This document shows positions 25,201-38,100 of a stretch of 64,000 nt of DNA, one piece after another. Each line of letters begins with the position of its first letter. Position 1 is the stretch's first letter. A program made the translations under genes and the position numbers. The stretch is from assembly GCF_006345805.1 (NCBI RefSeq), contig NC_042997.1, positions 138,012,001 to 138,076,000 of the forward strand. The letters are read 5' to 3'. Below the pieces are notes generated by a model, which saw nothing but the letters and a program-made list of their open reading frames with translations, made no database searches and had not been told where the DNA came from. Source of the stretch: Octopus sinensis (lineage: Eukaryota).

Positions 25201-26029
25201 TTCAGAAAAATGTTGGAACCAAAGGTCCGAAAAATTGATGTCGTGTCTGTAATAGCGAAATCTTCTTCGAATCACACCATACCATCTTATAAGGGAAATG
25301 ATACAATGAACAATATAGTCAGAGATACACTAGGACTGAATAAAAGACGTGATAGACATTAGTGACTTGTCTCTAATCACTGGTCCGGACAGCTCGATGA
25401 TTGGGAGTGATAAGCTAAATGACCACATAGAGTGGAAAATACGATTAATTTATCAAAAAGACATTTTTTCATTTTTATACGCAAAACAAACTGTCAAAAC
25501 ATCTTTCCTTCCAAAGAACCCCCACCCCACCCCAAAAGTCACTAAGCTGCTCAACAAATCTATTGTAATGCTTACCTATTAGTTGAAAAAGGAATGGAAT
25601 CATAGCTTTGAATCTTTCGAGGTGAAACTAACAGCAATCACTTGAAACCCCAAAATGGCGGGCAACATGACTTCTATTTAAAAAAAAAAAAAAAAAAAAA
25701 ACTAGCTTTTATTATGCAAATAATAGTGAAGAATGTTAAAACTGAAGATAATCTTCCAGCAAACTGAAGTCTATGATAAGGTTTCGAATCTGCTAGAATC
25801 TCTTCAGTTTATTTTTTATACCTCAAATATTTGTAAATGCCGTGTTACGAAATTCATGATTTTACAAACGATATTAAGCTTCCCCCGATTAAGGATCGAA
25901 ACTAGGAGAAATTAAGTTCAACTGTGAAATGAATTCCTCTTCAAGCTGAATAACTCTATCATTCTAAATTAGCAGTTCTCAAACAGACATATATCATGCC
26001 ATCCCTCCCAAATACTTTGGTTTCACATT

Positions 26030-27060
26030 TTGGCACAAGGCCAGCAGTTTCGGGGGAGCGGTAAGTCGATTACATCGATCCCAGTGTTGAATTGGTACTT
26101 GTTTTATCGACCCCGAAGGGATGAAAGGCAAAGTCGACCTCGGTAGAAGTTGAACTCAGAACGTACTGACGGACAAAATACCTATTTCTTTACTACCCAC
26201 AAGGGGCTAAACACTGAGAGGACAGAGAAACGGATTAAGTCGATTATATCGACCGCAGTGCGTAACTGGTACTTAATTTATCTACCCCGAAAGGATGAAA
26301 GGCAAGGTCGACCTCGGCGGAATTTGAACTCGGAACGTAACGGCAAGCGAAATACCGTTTAAGCATTTCGCCCGGCGTGCTAACGTTTCTACCAGCTCGG
26401 CGCCCAATCGCTCCAAAATATATTAGTGAAATTTTTATTCCCTGTTCTCTTTATAAATATTTTTTTGATTTATGAACCAGGCCAACAATTTCGATGGGTT
26501 GCTATTAGTCATACCAACGAGCCCACTACTTGGCGGGTACTTTATTTTAGCGATCCCGAGAGGGTAAAAGGCAAAATCGACCTCGATGTAATTTGAACTC
26601 AGAATGTAAAGAGCCGGAACAAGTATCGCAAAGCATTTTACCTGACGCCCTATTCTGCCAGCTCGCCACCTTTTTAATAATTATTTCTGATTTCTGCACA
26701 AGGCCGGGAATTTCTGAGGGGAGTAATTTTTTAGTTGAAGCCATTGGCTCCAGTATTTTACTGGTACTTTATTTTATCGACCCCGAAAGGATGAAAGACA
26801 AAGTTGACATCGGCGAGATGTGAATGTAGATCGGAAAGAACCAGAAGAAACGCCGTCAACATTTTTTCCAACGCTCCAAAGATTCTGCCAGCACGCCACC
26901 TCTCTTCTCTTAAAGAGAAGTCTTGGCGGCATTTCGTCCATCTTTACGTTCTGAGTTCAAATTCTGCCGAGATCAACTTTGCCTTTCATCCTTTCGGAGT
27001 CGATAAAACAAGTACCAACTGAGCACTGTAGTCGATGTAATCGGTTTATCCCCTCCCCCG
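26030..27060. mobile_element. Cluster of about five SINE family A copies
   Basis: Repeated core atcgaccccgaaaggatgaaaggcaa(a/g)gtcgacctcgg at about 26105, 26285, 26550 and 26775 (minus), plus one inverted copy at 26915-27060. Confidence 0.8.
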
Positions 27061-27061
27061 A

Positions 27062-29915
27062 ATGTGTACATCCGAGAGGATCTCACGCTCCAGGTCCTGC
27101 TGTCATATTCAAATTCAGTATGTAACACTCAAATTGTACACATATGACAATTTGATATTGTTATATGTATTACATATCGCCCACCAAATGCTCGAAATCA
27201 CACAGGAAAGTTTGAAGACTGTCACAAAGATAAGAAAAGTTCTCACCAAACTGGAGCAACACAACAGTGTATTCCTCTTGAGTAACTTCAACTTCCCCAA
27301 TGTAAGATGACCCAAGGGACTAATGCTCTCAGGAATTACACACTTCCAACAAGCACAGGTGGAGTACCTGCTCAGCCTTACCAATGCTTCATTCATAGAG
27401 CAAATTGCACTCCAACCAACCAGGGCGAATAATATACTGGATATCTGCTTCACAAACAATATGGACTTCATCCATAATGTAAAAGTGACACCGACACTAG
27501 TCTCAGATAACAGTATAATAAAACAGTCTGTGTATGGATCAAAAGCTTCTACAGACGTACGAAGAACTCAAAACCTCTTCAAACTGAACTTTTATAAAGC
27601 TAACTGGAAGTTGATTAAGAAAGAGATTCTCAAACAGGATTGGCCTAAATGTCTCACCACACCAGACATTGACATGAAACTCAAACATTTCATGTCCGTA
27701 ATGCAAGCCATATGTGACAAATCTGTTCCAGAGCACAAAGTCAACACACGCAACAACAAGATCCCTATAGAGAGAAAATTCATATAAGACGACGGACAAA
27801 GATTGCAAACCGCCTGAACAAACATCTCAAAAGTAGTGAAAAGTCTCGTCTGAAAAGAATGCTGTTGGAGATTGAGAAAAGTTTGCATCAATCCCATGAA
27901 AAGGAGAGAGCAGACACGGAGGCCTGGGTTATAGAAAATATTAAGTCAAACCCTAATGGCCTCAGTGCACTACAAGGTAGGACCCTCTTCCAAAAGGAAA
28001 CCCAGTGAGGATAAGGGAAATACTGAATGACCAGTTCAAAAGTATGTTCGCTACACCTTTGGGACACAGGCAAGTGAACAAACCGGTAGATTTCTTTGCC
28101 AATTCACCTGTAACCAAAGAGGTGATAATAATTAATTTCATCCACATTAAAGAAGATGTAATATTGGCTATAGATGAGGTAGGCACAAACTCAGCTGATG
28201 GCTCTGATGGATTCCCAGCAATCCTTCTCAAATCGTGCAAATGAGCCCTTGCGAAACCACTGAAGCTTTTTTTCAGAGCTTCCTTGCAAAGGGTAAGCTC
28301 CCAGGCAGATTGAAGGAAGAAATACGCCCTATTCACAAAAAAGGAAACAGAGCAGACGCCAAAAATAATAAGCCTGTCTCTCTGACCTCAAACATTACCA
28401 AAGTCATGAAATGAATAGTCCGCAAGAAACTAATTGCTCTCCTTGAAGAGAATGACTTGCAGACAGACACTCAGCATGGTTTTCCACCAGGTAGAAGTTG
28501 CTAGATATAGCTCTTACAACACTAAAACTCAAATGTAGACGTGATATATCTCGACTTTACAAAAGCCTTTTATAAAGTCGACCATGGTATAATATGTCAT
28601 CAACTGCGAGATTTCGGTATAGTCGGGTAACTTGGAGAGTGGCTACACGACGTTCTAAAAGATAGATGCCAGGCAGTGGTAGCCAATGGAGCCATCTTAA
28701 AGGAAACACAAATAGTGGTGTTCCTCTGGTCACTTTCTTAGGGCCACTGCTTTTCATAGTGGCCCTCTCAGACATGCTCTCAGCTTCTCAGATAGCCACA
28801 CTTGCTAGCTATGCAGATGACACAAAGTCTCTCAGAGGATACAGAACCCTGGAAATGTGCATCTGCAACGGGAGTTGGACGCAATATACAGGTGGGTTGA
28901 GGAAAATAACATATAGTTTAATGCTGGAAAATTCCAAGCTCTGCGCTAGCTGCACACAAAGCTGAATGAAACACAGACAGGATACACTGGCTCAGGAAGA
29001 ATCGCAATCAGTGCGTGACCTGTGTAGCCACTCTCCAATTTTTTTCAACTATACCGATATCTCACAGTTGGTGACATATCATACCATGGTCGACTCTATC
29101 AAAGACTTTTGCAAAGCCGAGATACATCACGTCTACATTTGAGCTGTTGAGCGGCTGTTTTAACATCCAGTCTTTGTGCTGTAAGAGCTGCGTGTCACTA
29201 ATTTGGCAATAAAATGCAGACGGCTCACCAGATGGATCCTACGAACTTTCAGAACGAGAGAACAGGAAACTATGATGGTCCTTTGGAGGATATATATCTT
29301 CAGCTGCTTAGACTACTGCTCCCGACTATGGTCACCACAGAGTATAAAATTAACGGCGGAACTCGAAGCAATCCAACGAAGCTACACAAAGAAAATCGTC
29401 TCAATATAACGTGTCAACTATAAGGAAAAGGCTGAAAAAAGTTAAGACTTTACTTCCTTGAAAGAAGGCAGGAAAGATATGCAGTGACATACATCTGGAA
29501 GATCCTGGAAGGAATTTACCATACTTTGACATTGAAAGATACACAAACAACAGAACAGGGTGCCGCTTCATAGTACCAGGGTTCCTAACACTGCTATCAA
29601 AATACAGGACTAGATACTTAAACAGCTTGAGTTTCAAGGGTCCACAGCTCTTCAGAATCTTTCCAAAATGCCTGAGAGACCTGCATGATGTGGATATAGT
29701 TGTCTTGAAAACAAACTGGATCTTCTCTTGTCAAGAGTTCCGGATAAGCCTACGTTAGGGCATGAAATACAGATGAGGGCAACAGCATCAAACTCCCTCA
29801 TTCACTAAATTCCACATATCAAAGGAGGTTTCAAATGATGAAGGCATAGCAAAGCTAATGGTTGTGCCCCAGCATGACCATAGCTTTCGAACTGAAACTG
29901 GTTAAATAGTTAGAG
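27062..29915 (+). mobile_element. 5'-truncated, decayed CR1/L2-group LINE (APE + RT)
   Basis: EN motifs LLSNFNFP, PTRANNILDICFTN and VSDN. RT motifs DGSDGFPAILLK, VIYLDFTKAF, SGVP..LGPLLF and YADDTK. 3' LDYCSRLWSP. Many stops and frameshifts. Confidence 0.9.
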
Positions 29916-29922
29916 TGATGAG

Positions 29923-30730
<808 letters not shown>

Positions 30731-31120
30731 TAAATTTATAGTGTTCACTTCCGGATTCTGTCACTCTGTGAAAGTTTCTAGTTCGAATCACACGTGTCTC
30801 GAGATGTGCCGAAGATTTTCTATTTTGGATATATTTGGGGTACTTAGGTCTGCTCAGGACTTAGTGCTTGCTCTTTCCATGGGTATGAGTAAGTATTTCA
30901 CTTATATCTCACGTATTTATCGCTGAGGAGGGGAAAATTCTTATGAATTAACCCCGAAATTGGGACCAATACGGTAATAACGGATTTTTTAGAAATTTCT
31001 ATCGGTTTGTTTCGAGACGCATAAATTATAATGGTTATCGACAATTTTTTTGTTTCGGCATATTTGGCATTAGAATTTTTCTTTTGCCCTTATTTTGTAA
31101 ATTATGTATGTATGTATACA

Positions 31121-31235
31121 TTAAATAATTGATAGGGAAGACAGATTGTACTGTCAGCTTTATTTAGCACCACGCTCGTTTCGTCGTGCTGAATAAAACT
31201 TACAGTACACACTGTCTTCCCTATCAATTATTTAA
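31121..31235. repeat. About 115-bp hairpin / tiny MITE
   Basis: 24-bp perfect outer stem ttaaataattgatagggaagacag, about 25 further imperfect pairs, 15-nt loop. Confidence 0.8.
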
Positions 31236-31430
31236 AATATACTTAAACGCCCACCGAGGAATTCCTTAAGTAGCTCCTGCGATTGAACTGCAGTGCCGGC
31301 CGCGGATGACGCATAGTAGCTGTACGTGGTGAACGTGCTCTCAAGGCGCACTACTAGGGACATGCCCAAAACAAGGTTTGGATTCTTACATTTTAAAGTC
31401 TCCTATCTAAACTTTAATTTTAAACATGAC

Positions 31431-31496
<66 letters not shown>

Positions 31497-31602
31497 ATAT
31501 GTATGTATATAATTTTAATCCAAAAGGGAAACAAAAAAACAACAACAACAGGAACAATTACAGTATTATTATTAATAGGCGCTCAGGAGATGGAAGCAGG
31601 GA

Positions 31603-31639
31603 GGTATGACGTTTCGAGCGGAGCTCTTCGTCGGAAACA
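31603..31639 (-). ncRNA. Minimal hammerhead-like motif from a second Penelope-like family
   Basis: CCGACGA-A-GAGC(TCC)GCTC-GAAA-CGTC. 4-bp stem II, self-complementary ACGT stem III, GUC site (cut after 31608). Stem I is only partly paired. Confidence 0.6.
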
Positions 31640-31850
31640 TAAAGAAGGAAGAGAGAGGAAAGAAAGATCCCAGAGCGGGCAACAGGGATGTATATATATA
31701 TATGTGTGTGTATACATGTGTGCGCGCGCGCATACACAAAACACATTCATATTATGTATGTATGTATGTATGTGTATAGTATATACCCGTCTGACATAGC
31801 TCAGTTGTCAGATAATTTGTCACCAAGCTTTAAACTTAAGAAAAAAAACT

Positions 31851-31911
<61 letters not shown>

Positions 31912-32097
31912 ATATATCAAATAATGTTTATGTCATGATTTCTGTATTACTGTATGTCTCGTGCTAGTAATAACAGCAACAACAACGACGACAATGTTTT
32001 TTTGTTGGAAAACTGGTAACAAGGACAACGAGGGAGGGGCTTGTTATATTGATAAATTTCCAACGTTATGTGAGTTATTTATTGTGTCAATAAAGCA

Positions 32098-32121
32098 ACA
32101 ACGTCACCATGGTGACGTTGT
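32098..32121. promoter_or_regulatory. Perfect 24-bp palindrome with an RFX X-box-like centre
   Basis: ACAACGTCACCATGGTGACGTTGT. GTCACCATGGTGAC fits GTYRCCATGGYRAC and overlaps two TGACGT half-sites. Confidence 0.4.
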
Positions 32122-32350
32122 CGGCTGATTTACCCAGGAGTCAATGAAGTGGTAGATTAAACTTGAAAAAAATATATAAATAAATTAATAATAGCTGGAA
32201 GAACAGAGGGGAGGAATTGGGTGAATTAGTGAGCGAATGGATTATTTATATATGTCTGTGGTGTTTAAACAGGGAATGAGTGAGTTATTGAGGCAAATAG
32301 TGAGAGATTAGTAGCGAATGGAGGTAATTAGTGAATGTGCATGAAATGCG

Positions 32351-32761
32351 TAATCTTTTCGGTTTGAACGGCAGTTTTTAACATAATTTCTAGGTAACTA
32401 AAAAATTTTAAACTTCGTGTACTGGTAGAATGTGTTTATAAAACATCTTTTTCTCTTGGCTTTATTGAGAAAATTCTATAGTTTGTAAGATATTTGTTGT
32501 TGTTTTTTCTTCAATTTCTGCAATTTCAACCAATCAGTGACGTCTATTGAGGTAAATAACATTCTGTGCCGTATGAATATGTCCCTCGTTTAAGAAACAG
32601 ATTGGGTTAATTTACATTTGTGAAGTAAAAAAGATACCCTTACCCCCACCCTAACCCTAAAACAGATTGAAATGCAATAGATAGATACTAGGGTCATAAT
32701 TATGGGTGACAATTTCATATGACATGGCTAGAAAAAACTGCCGTTCAAACCGAAAAGATCC
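32351..32761. mobile_element. MITE, GGATC TIR family
   Basis: TSD GAAATGCG at 32343-32350 and 32762-32769. The left TIR begins TA instead of GG. Confidence 0.85.
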
Positions 32762-33019
32762 GAAATGCGTAATCTTTCTGCAACAGGCACAAGTTTTGAA
32801 AGTTTGTGGGTAGAGAGCTAATCGATTACATCGATACCTGTGCTTAACTGGTGCTTATTTCACCGACCCCGAAAAGAGAAAAGGCGAAGTCGACCTCGAC
32901 GGAATTTAAATTTATATCGTTAAGCCAGAAGAAACACTGCTAAGCATTTTGCCCAGTGGTGCTAATGAGTCTACCTGCTCGTTACCTTATGGGAGCTAAC
33001 TTAATGTAGTGAGCCAATA

Positions 33020-33460
33020 GATTCTTCTTTTTCTTCTTCTTCTTCTTCCCACTAATCCTTGTAGGGTCATGGGGACGGGGACGTGTAAAGTCCCAAAGCA
33101 CCTCCTCCACAGCGTCCTATCAGAAGCAGCCGTCATTAGACTTCCCGACTAGGTTCCCAGCTGTGACCAAACTGAGATTAAGTACGCTCTCCAACCACCT
33201 TGTTCTAGTTCTATCCCTTGGTCTCCTGCCAGTTAGCTTGGTTCGATGAATACGTCTCGTGATTCATTCCTGAGACATTCTAATCACATGTCTGTAATAC
33301 TAAAGCTGTAACCTCACAATGCGGAGAAGTAGCGGAATGGCCTGAAAAAGACTCCCTGATATCCCGAGTTACGCATCCTGTTGAGTAACGTTACTCCAAA
33401 GATCTGTCGGAGCAACCCCGTTTCGGCCACTTGTTTTAACGAACGTTCGCATTCGGTAAT
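33020..33460 (-). mobile_element. RTE-type LINE 3' fragment
   Basis: Minus strand reads ..LQYYRHVIRMSQE*ITRRIHRTKLTGRRPRDRTRTRWLESV with an (AGA)n tail. Confidence 0.7.
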
Positions 33461-33869
33461 TAATTTGTAACAAGAAATGTTTTTCTATGTATTGGAAAAT
33501 ACTTTATTTGTTACATTAATAGGGAAAATGGTCATGCAATACAATTAATGGAAACATTCTGATGTGACACGTACAAAAAGAATTTGTTAGAAACTCAGCA
33601 TTTGAGTTTATTTTTTTACATATCAAATATATATTCAGATGCCGTGGTGCGCTGTAAAAACAGCTATTAGGAGAGTATATGCCAACTCGATCTGGAACAT
33701 TGAATTTTTGGTGCTCAGTTTGGCTGTATTTATAGGCCTCACTCACGAAGAGTTATAGTCAGACCACCGAACAGCAGCCTTTCATTGGATAAAATCTCGG
33801 TTGTGCACATGATTGAATTGTGATTTCTTTATGGCAAAACGCGGGAGAAAATCCAATGCTATAAATTAA

Positions 33870-34427
33870 TTAAAAGTCTAAACACCATAGCGATGTTGCT
33901 CAGTAGGTACGCACGTGAAGCTGCGTGTGAATGATATAGCAACACCAAGAAAACATTTAATAGTAACTTTTTTTTCAACGCACAAGTAATATTGAGGTTG
34001 GTCATGAATTATAAGGTTTCACGACAGCTCAACACAGTTGAAGGGATAATTCGGTAGTGTTCATAAATAGTTGATTACAAAAACTCTGTACTGAAGTTTG
34101 TCAAGACAAGAGATAATATACACAATAAATTCATTTTGACCAACTAAATCGACCCAAGCTGAGCAGACAGTCGTAAAAACGACTATTATAATGACAAGAA
34201 AGTGTGTGTAGCAGGACTGCAGGTTACCACACATTCTGAAAATTGACGTTAAAAACAAGTCTTTATATAACTCTTGTAGGGAAAAGTTCCAGAAAGATCT
34301 AGATTAATCTTTCACGTGAAGCTTGGTTACTGATTGGCCAATAACTCAGCCTCTCACATGAACGAAGTTGTACTATGTCGTGAATTAAACTTCATAATTT
34401 GCCGACTCGGCTTCGGATCTTGTTACA
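33870..34427 (-). mobile_element. Old LTR-like, promoter-bearing repeat (copy B)
   Basis: Diverged homolog of 4720-5216. Minus strand starts TGTAAC and carries TCACGTGA, paired CCAAT and a TATA-like box. Confidence 0.45.
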
Positions 34428-34597
34428 GTGAGAAGAACCGACCAACCAACCATTATTTTAAAGACTTACTCTGGTCAATAAAGGGAGGGTAGACAACACT
34501 CAGGATTTAAATAAAATAAAAATGGATAGCAATGGGAAGTAAGTCTGGTCTTTAGCAGTATGGTGACAACTCTGGACATGTTTCAGCGTTATTAACC

Positions 34598-35015
34598 TGT
34601 AACGTGAAAGGATCTATCATCGAAGCACTGGCAGGGTGTCGAGATCCTTTCTAGTCACATACAAAAATTCTTGTAGAAAACAAACAGACGAAACTCAGGT
34701 TAAAGGTGAACAGACAACTTGGTTTATTGATTCATGGTTGTACGTTGTCTGATGGGGGAATAGACAGCCTCTGATATACTGCTGGTGTTGGTCGTTGAGG
34801 TTGGTTGAAGTTGGTTGAAGTTGGTGTGTGGCTGTCAGAGCCAGGAAAACCGTGACCGATCGCAGTGCTGTCTTGAGCCGAAGAGAGAGATTTGAGGTTC
34901 GCGGGCTCGAGAGATGTTTTCCCGCACATGCGCATGGGGAAGACTTCCGGTGGCCACCCGGAAGTAGTCCCATTCTGCGCATGCGCGCCGAACCCTACAC
35001 TGTAGCATCACTACA
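34598..35015 (-). repeat. 3' LTR
   Basis: TGTAG...TTACA on the minus strand, AATAAA near 34723-34728. Confidence 0.97.
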
Positions 35016-35030
35016 GGGCTCCCCTCCGAG
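35016..35030 (-). other. Polypurine tract
   Basis: ctcggaggggagccc immediately before the 3' LTR. Confidence 0.8.
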
Positions 35031-35140
35031 TGCGAAGTACGGCAACCAGAATATTGTGGTGGTGCTGCAGAAAACAGAAGGCTTGCCGATCCCCCAGAAG
35101 ACTTGGTACATACTATTATACAATAAGAAACATTTTAAAG

Positions 35141-38100
35141 TTAAATGTAAATTGTTTTTGAAAGTTTCTTGGGCCAATGCACTGTTCTGCCCGATTTTGT
35201 AACATACGGTGTGCTCGGGGCACCCGTTGACGGCGAGGGTGGTGTTGTAGGAGCCGGTGAAGGTGTTTGTGCAGGTGAAGGCGTTTGTGCAGGTGAAGGC
35301 GTTTGTGCAGGTGAAGGCGTTTGTGCAGGTGAAAGTGTTGTTAAAGGTGCATAGGTGGGTGTGTCAAGGTTGTCATCAAAAGATGAAGACGTCTCAAAAT
35401 GTGCCTTTTTTAAACGGTCCACGGAAACGGTCTCCGAACGACCATTTATCTCAATCGTGAAAACCTTTGGTGTGCGAGAAAGCACACGAAAAGGTCCTTT
35501 ATAGGGAGAAACAAGTGGGCCCTTCACAGAATCGTCCCGAACAAAAACATGCGACCAGGTGTTCATATCCGGTGGAAGATGGGACGGTGGAGATTGCTTT
35601 CTGGGAAGCATGGGCGGAAGGTTTGAAAAATATTCCCGCAGTCTGGTGACATAGGTCGCCGGATCATGGGGCGGGGAAGTGTCTGGCACCAACATCGTAC
35701 CGGGCAATGCCAGTGTGGTACCATACAGCAGCTCTGCAGCAGAAAACCCCAGGTCTGCCTTGACAGCAGTCCGACAGCCGAGAAGCACAATGGGCAGAAA
35801 TTCGATCCAGGACTGTGGGTCCGAAGAGGCACGAAGAGCGGCCTTGAGCTGTCTATGGAACCGCTCAACCAATCCATTAGACGCTGGATGGTAGCTTGTG
35901 GTGTGGATATGGTGCATACCCAAAATTCGCGACAATTCGCGAAATAGCGAGGCCTCAAACTGTCGTCCACGATCAGTTGTCAATCGGGACGGGACTCCGA
36001 AGCGAGAAATCCAGTTTGAAACGAAAGCTCGCGCAACAGTCTCAGCAGAAATGTCTGCTATCGGAATGGCTTCTGGCCAGCGGGAGAAACGATCGACACA
36101 AGTTAATAGATAAGAGAACCCGCGACTCACAGGCCATGGTCCAACCAGATCGATGTGGACATGGCGAAAACGGGCCTCCGTGGGGGGAAATTGTCCAAGC
36201 GGGGCACGAACGTGCCGTTGAATCTTGGATCGTTGACACTTGGAGCAGGTGCGTGTCCAACAAGTAATTGTGCGACGCATATTCGGCCAGAAAAACCGAG
36301 CAGTGATTAGTTTGAGGGTGGCAGCGATGCCAGGATGTGATAAGGAGTGCAGTGCTTCAAACACTGAGCGTTGATGGGTCTCAGGCACCAGTGGCCTGGG
36401 AGATCCAGTTGAAGTGTCACAAAGAATGGTGCCTTCGGCTGACGGAAGCGGAAGGTAGGAAAACTGGCAACAGGAGAACTTGGGAGAAGTTAAATCTAAC
36501 GACGCCAAAGGTGGCTGCTCCTGCGATATGGCAGCTAAGTCGATAGCAGCAGGAGACGAAAGGGCGCAAACTGGAAGGCGAGAGAGAGCGTCAGCAGGAA
36601 CGTTCTCTTTTCCAGGTATGTGTCGAATGTTGCTAGTAAATTGAGAGATAAAATCCAGGTGCCGAAAAGCACGGGGTGAGAGTTTGTCCGTTTTTGAAAA
36701 CAGGGCAAACGTAAGGGGCTTGTGATCCGTATAGATCACAAAATCTCGCCCTTCAAGTTGATGCTGGAAATGACGAACCGATAGATAGATCGCTAGGAGC
36801 TCACGATCAAAGGTGCTGTATCGTCGTTCAGCTGGTTGCAGTTGACGGGAAAAGAAGGCTAGAGGTCGAACATGGTCATCCACTGTGTGTTGTAACACAG
36901 CGCCAATGGCAGTGTCCGATGCGTCCACAGTCAAAGAGAGAGAAGCACCAGGAACTGGATGTGCAAGCAAAGAAACAGAAGCCAGCTCCTTCTTAATGGA
37001 CTCAAAGGCTGTCACTGCCTCAACAGAGAGGGTGACTTGACTGTCCTTTCTAGGAGAGTCCTTTAACAGCCTGGTGAGAGGTAGCAGCTTATCTGCACAA
37101 CCGGGAATGAAGCGTCGGTAGAAATTGACCATCCCTAGATAATGCCTGAGCTGGCGCAAGGAAGTGGGGGGTGCGATGCGTTGAATGGCATCGACTTTTG
37201 ACGAGAGGGGGCTGATTCCAGTCGAATCAATATGATGCCCTAGAAAATCTAGGGAAGAGCGTCCGAAAACACACTTGTCGGGGTTTATGCGTATGCTATA
37301 CGCGCGAAGACGCTGGAAGAGTTGAGAAAGGTGCCGGAGATGATTTTCTCGTGTGTCGCTCGCAATGAGTATGTCATCGACATAGGCAAACACAAAATCA
37401 AGACCGCGGACAACCTCATCAATGAAACGCTGGAAGGTGCTAGTAGCATTCCGCAAACCGAAACTCATGTACAAAAACTCAAAACACCCAAACGGGGTAG
37501 TGATTGCAGTTTTTGGAACGTCGGCTGGGTTGACCGGTATTTGGTGGTAAGCGCGTATCAGATCGACCTTCGAAAAAATGGTACAACCATGGAGATTTGC
37601 TGTAAAGTCCCGGAGATTTCTAATCGGATAGCGATCGGCTATTGTGACGGCATTGAGGCGTCGATAGTCTCCAACCGGGCGAAAATCAGACTCGCCCTTT
37701 CGCGCCAAATGAAGGGGAGATGCCCATGGGCTGGTGGAGGGGCGTATAATGCCAAGTTGAAGCATGTGCTCAAACTCGGCTCTGGCCGTTTTAAGTCGGT
37801 CTGGCGCTAGGCGCCGGGGGCGTGAGAATACAGGTGGCCCATTGGTGGTGATGAAATGGAGGGTCGAGTGGGTAGGATTTTCCGGTTTAAAGGCAATGTC
37901 CACTAGCTCCGGAAATGAAACCAAAAGAGAGTGAAATGGGTCTCCAGAGGTGGCAACAAAGAATGTCGGGCTAAGGACCGCAGTGGTGGAACTCCCAGTC
38001 GGTGTAGAGAGCGACGTCGTGCTATCAAGAAGCCTCCGACGCCTGACATCCACCAATAGGTTAAACCTATCCAGGAAATCAGCGCCGAGAATAGGATGTG

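Noticed and set aside
34695-34982. 95-aa ORF duplicated at 39340-39627
   Set aside because: Lies within the identical LTRs, so the duplication is explained; no recognisable domain.
35031-35140. Possible env or extra ORF after pol
   Set aside because: Only about 110 bp separate the pol stop from the PPT.
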